A stretch of 64,000 bases of DNA from an uncultured Fibrobacterota bacterium (GCA_963729895.1 CAVSQB010000014.1:11002-75001); one strand, 5' to 3'; counted from the stretch's first letter, positions 8,907 through 19,905 are shown. Notes: generated from the letters alone by a model not told the origin. Program-made: numbers and translations.

Positions 8907-11111
8907 TCACAACATGTTCAACGGATCGACATCGATGACCATCCGCATGCCTGCGGGCACCCTTATTTTCGTCCTGAGGGTGCCCGCGGCCTCCTGCAAC
9001 GCACCCGCCGACTGTGATCTTAACAAAAGCGAAAACCTGAATTCGTTCTTAAGCTTGGCAAGGACCGCCGGGGACGGCCCGAGCACGCGAACCGACCCGC
9101 TCCAGCGCGCGCGCACCGCGGCCGCGGCCGAAGAAAGCAGCGCTACGACGCCGGCCTCGCGCGCGCCGGAGGCCACGACGCGAACAAGCTTGCCGAAGGG
9201 TGGGTACCCAAGTTCCTCGCGCTCGGATGCTTCCCTGTTGTAAAACTCCACAAAATCGTGGTCTCGCGCGGCGCAAATGGCGGGTTCGTTGGGGAAATAG
9301 GTCTGCACTACCACTTCGCCCAGGTTGTCGGCGCGTCCGGCCCGGCCGGCAACCTGCGACAGGAGCTGGAAGGTCTTTTCCGCCGCTCGAAAATCGGGAA
9401 CATGCAGGCCGATATCCGCCTGCAAAACACCGACCAGCGCAACGCCCGGAAAATTGAGCCCCTTGGCGACCATTTGCGTGCCGATGAGAATGTCCGCCTC
9501 GCGGCGTTCGAATTGTTGGATGATGGCAATATGGCCGCCCCTTCCGCGCGTGGAATCCTGGTCCATGCGGATAATGCGCGCAGATGGAAATTGCGACGCG
9601 ATGTACTCCTCGGCCTTCTGGATGCCCGTTCCCTTGAACCGTATCTGCTCCCCTCTGCAAGCGGGGCACGACGACGGCGCAGGCTCCTGGTATCCGCATT
9701 GGTGGCACTTGAGCGCGAGTTCCTGTTTGTGGTAGATCAGGTTTACCGAGCAGTGCGGGCATGCATAGGTATGGCCGCATTCCTTGCAGATAAGGAAGGT
9801 GGAGAACCCGCGCCGGTTGAGCAGAAGAATGACCTGCCGCCCGTCGGACAGCGCCGCCTGGACACGGGAGGCTAGGTGGCGCGACAGCAGTGTCCAGTTA
9901 TTCTCCTTGTGTTCTTCCCTCATATCAATAATGGTGACCCGGGGAAGCGCCGCCTCGCCGAAACGACGTGACAGGGTGAGCAGCCGGTACTTGCCCGTAC
10001 CGGCATTGCGGTAGGTCTCCATGCTCGGCGTTGCGCTGCCGAGCACTGCCGCAGCGTGCTGCAGGCGGGCGCGCATCACGGCCACGTCGCGCGCGTTGTA
10101 CCGCGGTTCGAGGTCGCTTTGCTTGTAGCTGTGGTCGTGCTCCTCGTCGACAATAATGAGCCCGAGATTGACAACAGGCACCAGGATGGCGCTTCGCACG
10201 CCGATCACCAGGCGCCTGCGTCCGGTAACGAGTTCGTCAAGGCTGTCGCGGCGCTCGCCCTCGCTCATCCTGCTGTGAATCACCGCGATCACGTCGCCGA
10301 GCGCTCCCCGGAACCGCGCGATGGTCTGCGGCGTGAGCGAGATTTCGGGCACCAGGATGATGACGCCCTTTCCCGCGGCAAGCGCCCGCCGCGCCAGTTC
10401 GATATACACGTGGGTCTTACCGCTGCCGGTGATGCCATGCAGCAGAAACGGCGGGCTGTCGTGGGCGAATCCCCCGGCGATCGCATCCACTGCGGACTGC
10501 TGCTCGCCGGTAAGCACGATGCCTTCGTCGCCCGTGCCGACACAGGCCCGCAGCTCCTCGGCCTCGCGCAGAACCGCCTTTCTCTCTTTGACAAGGGCAC
10601 CGTTCTTGACAAGGGCGCCGAGCACGTGCGGCGTAACGCCCAGGGATGTGCAGGCCTCGCCGGTAAGCTCGCCGGTCGAGGCGGCAAGCGCCTGCAGCGC
10701 CGCGGCCTGTTTGGGGGAAAGAACGCCGCGGGGCGCGACGGCGGCAACGCGGTAGACCGCCACCGTTTTTTCCTTCGCCGCGATCAGGTTCTTGCGGACA
10801 AACGGCCTGAAGACGCGGCCGAGATCGCACTGGTAGTAGGCGGCGATCCATTCGTACAGCCGGATGAGCGAGGTGTCGGCATCGGTCCAGCGGTCTTTTC
10901 TTATGTCAAGAACGGGCTTCAGGTTCGCGTGCCTGGACGACGCCGAAGTGCGGACGGCAACGCCCCACAGTTTCCTGCTGCGGAGTTCAACCAGCACCGG
11001 CATGCCGGGAACCACCGCGCCGGCAAACACCGGGGGAATCTCGTAGTCGTACACCCCGGAAATCGCCATTGGAAACGCCACGCACGCCACAGTGTTTTCG
11101 GTTGGTTCCAT
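8907..11111 (-). CDS. priA: Primosomal protein N' (replication restart helicase)
   Basis: GITGSGKT, VPEISLTPQ, DEEH, SATP, four CxxC pairs, QVAGRAGR; probable start MEPTEN at 11111. Confidence 0.97.
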   Translation of the reverse strand: MEPTENTVACVAFPMAISGVYDYEIPPVFAGAVVPGMPVLVELRSRKLWGVAVRTSASSRHANLKPVLDIRKDRWTDADTSLIRLYEWIAAYYQCDLGRVFRPFVRKNLIAAKEKTVAVYRVAAVAPRGVLSPKQAAALQALAASTGELTGEACTSLGVTPHVLGALVKNGALVKERKAVLREAEELRACVGTGDEGIVLTGEQQSAVDAIAGGFAHDSPPFLLHGITGSGKTHVYIELARRALAAGKGVIILVPEISLTPQTIARFRGALGDVIAVIHSRMSEGERRDSLDELVTGRRRLVIGVRSAILVPVVNLGLIIVDEEHDHSYKQSDLEPRYNARDVAVMRARLQHAAAVLGSATPSMETYRNAGTGKYRLLTLSRRFGEAALPRVTIIDMREEHKENNWTLLSRHLASRVQAALSDGRQVILLLNRRGFSTFLICKECGHTYACPHCSVNLIYHKQELALKCHQCGYQEPAPSSCPACRGEQIRFKGTGIQKAEEYIASQFPSARIIRMDQDSTRGRGGHIAIIQQFERREADILIGTQMVAKGLNFPGVALVGVLQADIGLHVPDFRAAEKTFQLLSQVAGRAGRADNLGEVVVQTYFPNEPAICAARDHDFVEFYNREASEREELGYPPFGKLVRVVASGAREAGVVALLSSAAAAVRARWSGSVRVLGPSPAVLAKLKNEFRFSLLLRSQSAGALQEAAGTLRTKIRVPAGMRMVIDVDPLNML

Positions 11112-11474
11112 AAAGAAATCCCGTGCGGCATTTGCCGGCCGTGCACAATGCGTCGTGCGAAAAAGAGCGACCGTCCGTCTTCCCATCGGGGCGCCACCTG
11201 GCCACTCATCGACGCTCTCAAGAAGCGGGCTATCCAGAAAATACAAGTTGTCTCCGAACGGGACGCAAACCAAACCGCGCGGGGCCGGAACAGCACGAGC
11301 GCAAATACCTCAGTCACACTTTCGAAACCGACTACACCATATAAACGATCCCCTCACCTATCTTTTAAACCCATTGCAATTTGTATTGACAACCCTCCTG
11401 AGAAAAAACCATCTTTATGTATTCATAATCCATTCGGTATTCCCCTATTTACATAATTAATGAGGAGGATGGCG

Positions 11475-12494
11475 ATGAAAAAAGTACTTGTGGGGCTGGT
11501 GTACTTAAACGTTTTTCTCCTGCTTGCTTCCTGTTCCTCACTCACCTCCGACGAAGCAAAAGGCAACAAAGCCTACAACCAGGCCAAACATTCCCAGGGA
11601 ATCAACAAACGGACGCTTGAAAAGCGGGCATACATTTTCTACCAGAAGTGGTTCACTGCTCACCCGGACAAGTCCAAGCTCAGCCTTGGTTTCAGGCAGA
11701 AATTCATAGAAATGACCCTCTTGCGCGCCAACATGGTCCTGTCCGAAGGCACCTACGACATGGATCCGCTCAAGCTGTTCATGAAAGACATAGACACGCT
11801 CCTCACCAAGGAACTCGGCCCCGACCTCAGGCAGCAGTATGCCAATTTCATTCTCCTCATGGCAGATTCCAGCATTGCGCGCAACAAGCTCGACGATGCG
11901 CTTGACTGGATTGCAAAGGCCGAAACCGTCGTCGACAATCCGGCGCCTATGGAGGCCAAGAAGAAAGCGATCATCACCGACTTCACCAAGCAATTCTACG
12001 AGATGGCCTCGCAGGCGTATACCGAAGGGAAAGACAGCAAGGATCCCGAAGCGCTGCTCAAGGCGGAGTATTACGTCCAGCTCGTACTCGTCTACGATTC
12101 GCTGTTTCCCGGAGCGGCCGACCTCCTGAGCAATTGCCACAAAGCAAATGTGAGCACCTATTCCGGCTACGCGCGGGTCATCGAGGGGAAGCTCGATCCG
12201 CGGGTAAACAAATACGACATCTACCTTGCAGTAGTGAGCGGGACAACCAATATGTCTTTGTCAATGTTCAATTACTCCTACAATCCGCTGCGCCTCAAGG
12301 CGGACGACTTCTTTCTTGTGGATGTGAAGGGCGAGAAATACAAAGCGCTGCCTTCATCCAAAATCGACCCCGAAATCCTCGACACGCAGCACGAAACAAA
12401 GAACCTCAAACTCGTGTTCCCCAAGCCCAAGGCCGAGCTCAAGAAAGTGGTGTACTCCAGCGGGGAGCACTACACCGAAAAACTGTTTTTCTGA
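11475..12494 (+). CDS. Hypothetical lipoprotein (helical repeats plus C-terminal beta domain)
   Basis: GAGGAGG RBS; MKK start with lipobox LLASC. Confidence 0.8.
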   Translation: MKKVLVGLVYLNVFLLLASCSSLTSDEAKGNKAYNQAKHSQGINKRTLEKRAYIFYQKWFTAHPDKSKLSLGFRQKFIEMTLLRANMVLSEGTYDMDPLKLFMKDIDTLLTKELGPDLRQQYANFILLMADSSIARNKLDDALDWIAKAETVVDNPAPMEAKKKAIITDFTKQFYEMASQAYTEGKDSKDPEALLKAEYYVQLVLVYDSLFPGAADLLSNCHKANVSTYSGYARVIEGKLDPRVNKYDIYLAVVSGTTNMSLSMFNYSYNPLRLKADDFFLVDVKGEKYKALPSSKIDPEILDTQHETKNLKLVFPKPKAELKKVVYSSGEHYTEKLFF

Positions 12495-12521
12495 TTTCCC
12501 TCTGCACAAGGATATTCCCGG

Positions 12522-12550
12522 GAGCAAAGGCCACGGCCTTTGCTCTTTTT
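12522..12550 (+). terminator. Rho-independent terminator
   Basis: GAGCAAAGGCC-ac-GGCCTTTGCTC followed by TTTTT. Confidence 0.75.
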
Positions 12551-12741
12551 GTTTCAAGATGCATTCCGGCCCGTTCCTTCTACGGTTTCTTCCCCGCATG
12601 AGAATCCCGGCCAAAAAGCGGTTTCTTCGCCCTCAAAATCTTTAATCCCGCCCGTTGGGGAAAGTATATTTGACTGTTAATTTGGCAGTTGTTTTGCAAC
12701 GGAACCCCGGCACGCCAGCAACAAGCTCGATAGGACCAATC

Positions 12742-15729
12742 ATGCCAGAACGAATCTATGTGGGAGCAAAGGCCCAGGTGCGGGACGCACTTGGCGAGAA
12801 AATCAGGGCAAAAATCATCGCCGACCTCGAAATAGGAACCGTCAATTCTGTGCGTACGGCATCCGTGTACATCCTCAACGGATCGCTCTTCGCCGAGGAC
12901 CTCACGGCGCTCGCGGAAGGCCCGCTGTCAGATCCCATAGTTCAGGATTATTCCATCAACAAGACCTTCTGCGAATCCTTTGACTGGATGGTGGAGGTCG
13001 GATTCCTGCCCGGGGTCACCGACAACGCGGGAAGAACGGCGAAGGAGGCGGTGATCATCGCCCTGGGAAGGAGCTTCCCGGAATCGTTCTCGGTCCATAC
13101 CGGCACGCAGTATTTCTTTTTTGGTAATATCTCCAGGAAGAACGTCGACCGTATTTCCGAAGAGATCCTCGCGAACGCGCTTATCCAGTCGATACATATC
13201 TATTCAAAGGACGAATGGCTCAAGGTCCATTCGAAAGATTTTCCCGCCCCCGTGGTCATGGATACGCACACCTCGCCGCTGTTCCGCGAGGTGGACCTGC
13301 GCGTGGACGAAAACGCCCTTGTCGCCATAAGCAAGAACGGCATGCTTGCGCTCTCGCTCGAGGAAATGAAATGCATCAAGGACCACTTCTGCGATCCCTC
13401 CACCATTGACGAGCGCGTAAAGCACGGGATGCCTGCGAACATCACCAACGTCGAGCTTGAGATTGTGGCGCAAACCTGGTCGGAGCATTGCAAGCACAAG
13501 ATCTTCAACGCGGACATCATCTACCTTGAGAACAACGAAACGCCGGTCCACATCAAGAGCCTGTTTAGGACCTACGTCCAGAAGACGACGGCGATGGTGC
13601 GCGAGGCAAAGGGCAATAAGGACATCTGCCTCTCGGTATTCAAGGACAACGCCGGTGTGGTCCGCTTCAACGACACCACGGCAATCGTTTTCAAAGTGGA
13701 AACGCACAACAGTCCCTCGGCGCTCGACCCTTACGGCGGCGCGCTCACGGGCATCGTGGGCGTCAACCGAGACCCGTTCGGCACGGGCCTGGGCTGCCGC
13801 CTCATCGCCAACACCGACGTGTTCTGTTTCGCCTCGCCCTTCTATGCCGGCGCGATCCCGCCGCGCATCTTCCATCCCAAGCGGGTGCTCGAAGGCGTGC
13901 GCGAGGGCGTCGAACACGGCGGCAACAAGAGCGGAATCCCTACAGTCAACGGAACTATCGTGTTCGACGACCGCTTCCTGGGCAAGCCGCTTGTCTACTG
14001 CGGAACGCTTGGGCTCATGCCGCTTCTTGTCAACGGCCGCAAAGGATGGGAAAAGAAGGCGCAGACGGGCGACCATATCATCATGGTGGGCGGCAGGATC
14101 GGCAAAGACGGGATTCACGGCGCAACGTTCTCTTCCGAGCCGCTGCACGAAGGCTCGCCGGCCACCGCGGTGCAGATAGGCGACCCCATCACGCAGAAGC
14201 GAATGACCGATTTTCTGCTTGCGGCACGCGACCGCGGCCTGTACAATTCCATCACCGACAACGGAGCGGGCGGGCTGTCGTCGTCGATCGGCGAAATGGC
14301 ATGCGACACGGGCGGCGCCGTTGTGCACCTCGAAAAGGCGCCGCTCAAATACCACGGCCTCGAACCGTGGGAGATTTACGTCTCGGAGGCCCAGGAGCGC
14401 ATGAACGCCGCCGTCGCTCCGGAGAAAGTGGGCGCGTTTTTGGCCATGGCCCGTGAATGGAATGTGGAGGCAACCGACCTCGGCGAATTCACGGGTACCG
14501 GATATCTCGACATCAGGTTCGCCGAAACGCCCGTGGCGAGGCTCAGCATGGACTTTTTGCACCACGGGCTTCCCGACATGAGCCTTATTGCGAAATGGGA
14601 GGACAGGGGCCGCGGCACAAAGGGAACCTATCCGGCAGCCGACCTGAAAACGGACCTGCTCGCCCTGCTCAAACGTCTTAACATCTGCAGCAAGGAATAC
14701 GTGGTCCGGCAGTACGATCACGAGGTGCAGGGCGGCAGCGTGGTGAAACCCCTGTGCGGGGCGAAAAACGACGGGCCATCGGACGCGGCGGTCCTGCGGC
14801 CGGTCCTCGAATCGTTCGAAGGCATCGCGGTGAGCAACGGCATCCTTCCCCGGTACAGCGACATCGACACCTATGCCATGACCGCGTGTACAATCGACGA
14901 AGCGGTTCGCAACGCCTGCTGCGTCGGCGCAGACCCCGCCGCCATGGCGGGCCTCGACAATTTCTGCTGGTGCGATCCGGTGCAAAGCGCCGACAACCCG
15001 GACGGCGAGTACAAGCTCGCGCAACTCGTACGTGCGAACAAGGCGCTTCTTGATATATGCGTCCTCTACGGCATACCGCTCATTTCCGGCAAAGACAGCA
15101 TGAAGAACGACTACCGCATCGGCGACGTCAAAATAGCCATTCCGCCCACCCTGCTGTTCAGTCTTGTTGCAAAGGTGCCGGACGTGCGCAAGGCGGTTAC
15201 CATGGACTTCAAGGAAAACGGCAACCTCATCTACTGCGTCGGCACCACGTATCCCGATCTTGGCGCATCGGAATACGCGCTCATGAAAGGGGTGAAAGAC
15301 ACGACGGTCCCCACCCTTCGCAACCCCGTACAGAACTTCGATTGTTATGCTACGCTTTTCTCGGCCATCCAGGAAGGCCTGGTGCGGTCGTGCCACGACT
15401 GTTCGGACGGCGGCCTCGGCGTGGCACTTGCGGAGATGTGTTTCTCCGGAGAATTTGGAGCGCAGGTCGATTGTCAGGCAATTGAGCAGGCCGGGTGTAC
15501 ATCGGACATCGAACTTTTGTTCTCTGAATCGCCGGGCCGTATTCTTGTTGAAGTGGAGCCTCCCAATGCCAAGCGCATGGAGACGCTGTTTTCCCGGCTG
15601 CCGCTCAGGCGGATCGGGGTTGTTGTCAAGGGCGACACCATCGAGTTGAAAGGGCTCAGGCAGGCGCCGGTGCTCGCGTTTTCCCGGATAGACGCGAAAG
15701 CCGCGTGGAAGAGCACACTGCAATTTTGA
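12742..15729 (+). CDS. purL: Phosphoribosylformylglycinamidine synthase PurL (N-terminal PurS-like extension, no glutaminase domain)
   Basis: QTWSEHCKH, KVETHNSPS, DGIHGA, DNGAGG, SEAQERM, YDHEV and HDCSDGG motifs. Confidence 0.96.
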   Translation: MPERIYVGAKAQVRDALGEKIRAKIIADLEIGTVNSVRTASVYILNGSLFAEDLTALAEGPLSDPIVQDYSINKTFCESFDWMVEVGFLPGVTDNAGRTAKEAVIIALGRSFPESFSVHTGTQYFFFGNISRKNVDRISEEILANALIQSIHIYSKDEWLKVHSKDFPAPVVMDTHTSPLFREVDLRVDENALVAISKNGMLALSLEEMKCIKDHFCDPSTIDERVKHGMPANITNVELEIVAQTWSEHCKHKIFNADIIYLENNETPVHIKSLFRTYVQKTTAMVREAKGNKDICLSVFKDNAGVVRFNDTTAIVFKVETHNSPSALDPYGGALTGIVGVNRDPFGTGLGCRLIANTDVFCFASPFYAGAIPPRIFHPKRVLEGVREGVEHGGNKSGIPTVNGTIVFDDRFLGKPLVYCGTLGLMPLLVNGRKGWEKKAQTGDHIIMVGGRIGKDGIHGATFSSEPLHEGSPATAVQIGDPITQKRMTDFLLAARDRGLYNSITDNGAGGLSSSIGEMACDTGGAVVHLEKAPLKYHGLEPWEIYVSEAQERMNAAVAPEKVGAFLAMAREWNVEATDLGEFTGTGYLDIRFAETPVARLSMDFLHHGLPDMSLIAKWEDRGRGTKGTYPAADLKTDLLALLKRLNICSKEYVVRQYDHEVQGGSVVKPLCGAKNDGPSDAAVLRPVLESFEGIAVSNGILPRYSDIDTYAMTACTIDEAVRNACCVGADPAAMAGLDNFCWCDPVQSADNPDGEYKLAQLVRANKALLDICVLYGIPLISGKDSMKNDYRIGDVKIAIPPTLLFSLVAKVPDVRKAVTMDFKENGNLIYCVGTTYPDLGASEYALMKGVKDTTVPTLRNPVQNFDCYATLFSAIQEGLVRSCHDCSDGGLGVALAEMCFSGEFGAQVDCQAIEQAGCTSDIELLFSESPGRILVEVEPPNAKRMETLFSRLPLRRIGVVVKGDTIELKGLRQAPVLAFSRIDAKAAWKSTLQF

Positions 15730-15810
15730 GAAATATGGTGAATGTTCTTTTTAGTTGAGGTGCGGCGTGCCAGGGTGCGATTAGAACTTAAGCATAAGGA
15801 GAATCTGAGC

Positions 15811-16632
15811 GTGAGCAGAGACATTGCGGCCATCGTACTCGCGGGAAACGGCACAAATTGCGAAATGGAGACGGCGCACGCGTGCCGCCTCGGCGGCTTC
15901 GGCACCGTGGACATCGTCACCATCTGGGAACTCGTGAGCGGCGACGCCTCGCTCGAACCCTACGATTTCCTGTGCCTGCCGGGCGGATTTCTCGACGGCG
16001 ACGATCTCGGTTCCGCAAAAGCGCAGGCCAACCGCCTCCTTCATACGGTTGTCAAGAAGACCGGCAAACCGCTTTTTGCCCAGTTTTCCACGTTTATCCA
16101 GAACGGCAGGCTGATTCTCGGCATTTGCAACGGGTTCCAGCTCATGGTGAAGCTCGGACTTCTGCCGTCCCTGGGGAATGCGCTTACCCAGCAGGTGACG
16201 CTCACCAATAACGATTCGGGCAGGTTCGAAGACCGGTGGGTATGGCTCAAGGCCAACCCCGCATCGCCGTGCGTGTTCACAAAAGGGATTGGCGCGGTGT
16301 ATCTGCCCGTGCGCCACGGTGAAGGCAAGTTCGTGGCCCGCGACCGCGAGGTCCTCGATGAGCTCCGCGCGCACAACCAGATTGTTTTTTCCTATGTGGA
16401 CCCCGAAACACAGGCCCCCACCATGAAATACCCGGACAACCCGAATGGGTCACAATTGTCAATCGCCGGGATCTGCAATGCCACGGGACGGCTCTTCGGC
16501 CTCATGCCGCACCCCGAGGCCTTTACCCACCGCACCAACCACCCGCGGTGGTCGCGCGAACAACTGCCCGAAGAGGGCATGGGTCCGCAGCTGTTCAGGA
16601 ACGCCCGCGAGTATATCGCGAAAAACACGTGA
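15811..16632 (+). CDS. purQ: FGAM synthase glutaminase subunit PurQ
   Basis: GTNC, PGGF, GICNGFQ, RHGEG and MPHPE triad motifs; AAGGAG RBS before GTG at 15811. Confidence 0.96.
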   Translation: MSRDIAAIVLAGNGTNCEMETAHACRLGGFGTVDIVTIWELVSGDASLEPYDFLCLPGGFLDGDDLGSAKAQANRLLHTVVKKTGKPLFAQFSTFIQNGRLILGICNGFQLMVKLGLLPSLGNALTQQVTLTNNDSGRFEDRWVWLKANPASPCVFTKGIGAVYLPVRHGEGKFVARDREVLDELRAHNQIVFSYVDPETQAPTMKYPDNPNGSQLSIAGICNATGRLFGLMPHPEAFTHRTNHPRWSREQLPEEGMGPQLFRNAREYIAKNT

Positions 16633-16669
16633 CCAGAACGGCCGTCGTCCCTATTCTGATCGAATTGCT

Positions 16670-17236
16670 ATGTCCAGAGAGACGCTCCACAGACCACCGG
16701 CTCGCAGGAAGACAAATTCCCTCTCACTCAAACGCCTCTTCTTTCTCGCGGCGTTTGCACTCGTTCTCGCCCTGTTCCTGCGTCACTTTGTCGTTGACAT
16801 AATGCAAGTAACCTCGTCTTCAATGGCGCCGACGATCAACGTCGGCGCCCGCTACCTTATGGAAAAACTCACCTTCCGCATGAGGAAGCCCCGGCGAAAC
16901 GATATCATTGCGTTCCCGTCACCCGTCCTGCAGGGCCACAACCTGGTGAAACGGGTGATCGCAACCGAGGGTGAAACCATTCAGATAAAGAACAAGGACG
17001 TTTACATCAACGACAAACGACTGGCCGAGAATTTTGCACATCATTCCCGCGACACCATACTCCTGGTCGGCGACAACCTCGGGCCGTTGCAGGTCCCAAA
17101 GGGAATGCTTTTTGTAATGGGCGACAACCGTGATGAATCGGAAGATTCGCGCGACTGGAAGGACAGCATTACCGGAGAGCATATCTACTTTGTTCCGGTG
17201 AGCGGGATATTGGGGAAGATTGTCCTGTTGTATTAA
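16670..17236 (+). CDS. lepB: Signal peptidase I
   Basis: SSSMAPT (catalytic Ser), VKRVIA (catalytic Lys), GDNRDESEDSR. Confidence 0.92.
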   Translation: MSRETLHRPPARRKTNSLSLKRLFFLAAFALVLALFLRHFVVDIMQVTSSSMAPTINVGARYLMEKLTFRMRKPRRNDIIAFPSPVLQGHNLVKRVIATEGETIQIKNKDVYINDKRLAENFAHHSRDTILLVGDNLGPLQVPKGMLFVMGDNRDESEDSRDWKDSITGEHIYFVPVSGILGKIVLLY

Positions 17237-17248
17237 GCCGGCGGCGGT

Positions 17249-17854
17249 TCACGTGTCGGGAATGTCAGGCGGTTGGACGAACCATTGGAGCGTGCGCAAG
17301 TAGCCGGCAATATCATTGACATTTGCAGAAAGCATTTCCTGCGTATTCATGAGAAGCCTTTCCACGTCAACCTGGTACACGTCCCAGGCGCCTGTCCTGA
17401 TTTCGGTTTCGAGCTGGCCCGGCGCCCAGCCCGAATAACCCAGGAAAAGACGCGTTGAGCCGGGATCAAGCGCAAGCACGGAATCGATGCTTTCCCATTT
17501 TCCGCCCAGGTAAACCCGGGGAGCGATCCGGTGCGACTGCGGCTGCGCCGCGTCGGTGATCCAAATAACTTGCAACTCGTTCTGTTGTACCGGACCGCCT
17601 ATGTACACCTCCCGCCGGCCGCTTGAATCGGAGTATCCGTCGAATACTTCCGAGAGCGGCATATGTGAAGGCCGGTTGAGCACAAGGCCGTAGGCTCCAC
17701 TATCCCTGGTGTAAACGCACATCAGCACAACCGTAGCGTTGAAATTTGGATCCTGCAGCGCATCGCGTGCGAGAAGCACTGCGCCGTTCCCAAGGCGTGC
17801 GAGTTGTTCCTGGACAACAGGGTCCGGCTCAGGTTCGGGAAGGGTTGGTTCCAT
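17249..17854 (-). CDS. YqgE/AlgH family protein
   Basis: DPNF, GLVLNRP, GGPV and LFLGYSGWAPGQLETEI motifs. Confidence 0.9.
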   Translation of the reverse strand: MEPTLPEPEPDPVVQEQLARLGNGAVLLARDALQDPNFNATVVLMCVYTRDSGAYGLVLNRPSHMPLSEVFDGYSDSSGRREVYIGGPVQQNELQVIWITDAAQPQSHRIAPRVYLGGKWESIDSVLALDPGSTRLFLGYSGWAPGQLETEIRTGAWDVYQVDVERLLMNTQEMLSANVNDIAGYLRTLQWFVQPPDIPDT

Positions 17855-18116
17855 AAGGTGATCTTGCCGTTTCTGCCCTAAAAATAACACATCCGCGTTC
17901 CGTGCGCTTCTCAACGCACGACGGGGCCGCCAGTCCGGCAAGAATCGATTATATTTGTTACCCTAGCCACTTGATTGAGGGACTGGGTTGGCGGAACAAC
18001 ACGAGATGACTATATTCGCGCGTGAAAAGGCACGCTTCATATTGAATTGCCCGCCTGCACGAAACCAAGACACCCGCCGGTTTCACCTCGCACGAACGGT
18101 CGCCATTTCCAACTTG

Positions 18117-19178
18117 ATGATGAGTGGAATATCCGGTGTGCGTGTCCTTCTATTTGCGATTCCGGTTCTTTTTTCCACATCATCCTCTGCGGACGAAGCC
18201 GACAGCCTTCTCTTTTATTTATCGGTCCACGGTCCTGTTACCGAGCTTGCCCGTTGCATCGAAAAAAGCTCCTCACTCAACAAGCGAGGATCTGGTGGTG
18301 TCACACCTTTGCTTGCCGCAGTGCATGCCAATAATCGCTCGACAGTCGCGGTCCTGCTGGAGCACGGCGCCGACGCGTCAATAGCCGACACCATGAATTT
18401 TGATCCCCTCTACTGGGCTTTGCACATGGGGTATTACGAGGTCGCCGATGTTCTCCTTATGCACGGCGTGAACGTCGACCGGCCAAATTCGCAGGGGAAC
18501 TCGCCCCTGATGTCGGCGGTGATGCGGGGAGATTGCGCCACCGCGAACTTTCTCCTGGAGCACGGCGCGGACGGGAAACGGAAGTCGCCGGCAGGGCTGA
18601 CGCCCAGGAGCATCGCATCGCGAAACCACGATAAGGCGATGATCTCCCTATTGTCGTCGTTTACGCATGCGCAGCAGCGCAAGCCGGCGCCTGCCGCCGA
18701 CACCGGTGCGCGCGATACCGGCTGTACCTTCACCGATGCAAAGGCTTTCTTTAGCGCAGTTCAATCCGGACGCCGCAGCTTCAGAGCATGCGCGCTCTCG
18801 GGGCTCGATCTCAAGGCCATGCGATTGTACGGTCTCAGTTTTCAGGGAGCAAACCTTTCGGGCTGCGACCTGCGCGACGCCGATATGCGTTACTGCGATT
18901 TGAGCGACGCCGCGCTGCGAAACGCGTTCCTCCACGGGGCCGACCTCCGGTACGCACGGTTGGACAACACGGATTTCGGCGAGGCCATGCTCACTGCGTC
19001 GGATATGCGCGAAGCGAAAGGATTATCGCTGGTCCAGTTGCGGAGCGCCCGGAATTTGTACAAAACGAAACTGGACAGCGAAACCGTGGAAATCATGCAG
19101 CGCGATTATCCGAAACTCTTCAAGGATCCGGGCGGCGCGTGGAGGGTTCAGGGGAAAACAACGGCGAACTCACAGTAG
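18117..19178 (+). CDS. Secreted ankyrin-repeat plus pentapeptide-repeat protein (start uncertain)
   Basis: Signal-like N-terminus; GxTPL..A and LLEHGAD ankyrin repeats; A(N/D)LxxADL pentapeptide repeats. Confidence 0.85.
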   Translation: MMSGISGVRVLLFAIPVLFSTSSSADEADSLLFYLSVHGPVTELARCIEKSSSLNKRGSGGVTPLLAAVHANNRSTVAVLLEHGADASIADTMNFDPLYWALHMGYYEVADVLLMHGVNVDRPNSQGNSPLMSAVMRGDCATANFLLEHGADGKRKSPAGLTPRSIASRNHDKAMISLLSSFTHAQQRKPAPAADTGARDTGCTFTDAKAFFSAVQSGRRSFRACALSGLDLKAMRLYGLSFQGANLSGCDLRDADMRYCDLSDAALRNAFLHGADLRYARLDNTDFGEAMLTASDMREAKGLSLVQLRSARNLYKTKLDSETVEIMQRDYPKLFKDPGGAWRVQGKTTANSQ

Positions 19179-19298
19179 TGCAGAGTTCTTCACATCGGCG
19201 GCACGATTGTCATGCGGAAAGGGCACACATCAACTTGGGCTGGATACAATGCGCATGGATTGATCTTAACCAGTTCTTCCGAATCAACTCACGGACGC

Positions 19299-19676
19299 TC
19301 ATACCGCAAATCTCTTGAACCCAAGATCCTTGATCGGCCTGTAGTGTTTGTAGTTTCCGGATACCAAGATCTGGTTGTTCTCAATTGCCGTAGCGGCGAT
19401 AAGTGCGTCGTCTGCGGATATGCCATGCGCCAACGAATATTCTTCCACGTAAATTGAGGCCCGATGTCCGATATTTTCGGTAATCGGCAACATCATGAAG
19501 TCCATTTCTTTCAAGTAACTCTTTATGACCGCCTGTTGCTGCCTATTTTTCGCATTTTGCAACAATTCCATATAGGTTACCACCGAGATGCTACGATCAT
19601 TGTCGGCGTCAACCAGATCAGCGGCCGCCTTGTTTCCGCGCTGAATCCAGATTATAACGTCGGTATCAAAGATCAT
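19299..19676 (-). CDS. vapC: PIN-domain toxin VapC
   Basis: IFDTDVII, SVVTYMEL, DALIAATA and N..HY PIN motifs. Confidence 0.92.
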   Translation of the reverse strand: MIFDTDVIIWIQRGNKAAADLVDADNDRSISVVTYMELLQNAKNRQQQAVIKSYLKEMDFMMLPITENIGHRASIYVEEYSLAHGISADDALIAATAIENNQILVSGNYKHYRPIKDLGFKRFAV

Positions 19677-19905
19677 TCGACCGGTTCCTCCGCATTTTGG
19701 ATACGATTTCTTCAGGGCTCATTTTGTCCGCCCCAAGAATACCAAAGATCGGATGATCCTTTGTTTTCGCGTGACGATTGGATTTGGAAGGGACGATTTC
19801 TCCTTTTACTTTGCCGTGATACAGGATCCGAACCCTTTCACGCCTGCCTAATGCCTTCAATACGTCCCGCATCTTATACCGCAGATCCACGACTGAAGCA
19901 TCCAT
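19666..19905 (-). CDS. Phd/YefM-like antitoxin (VapB partner)
   Basis: Small gene overlapping the vapC start; ASVVDLR...ERVRILYHGK...IVP pattern. Confidence 0.8.
   Translation of the reverse strand: MDASVVDLRYKMRDVLKALGRRERVRILYHGKVKGEIVPSKSNRHAKTKDHPIFGILGADKMSPEEIVSKMRRNRSNDL

Noticed and set aside
13204..15723. 839-aa antisense ORF, and similar long shadow ORFs over cooS, priA, acsB and others
   Set aside because: These mirror well-supported genes in GC-rich DNA and carry no recognisable motifs.
12742..16632. Long PurL with a separate PurQ and no purS as a novelty
   Set aside because: PurS-like-extended PurL plus PurQ is a known arrangement in anaerobic bacteria.
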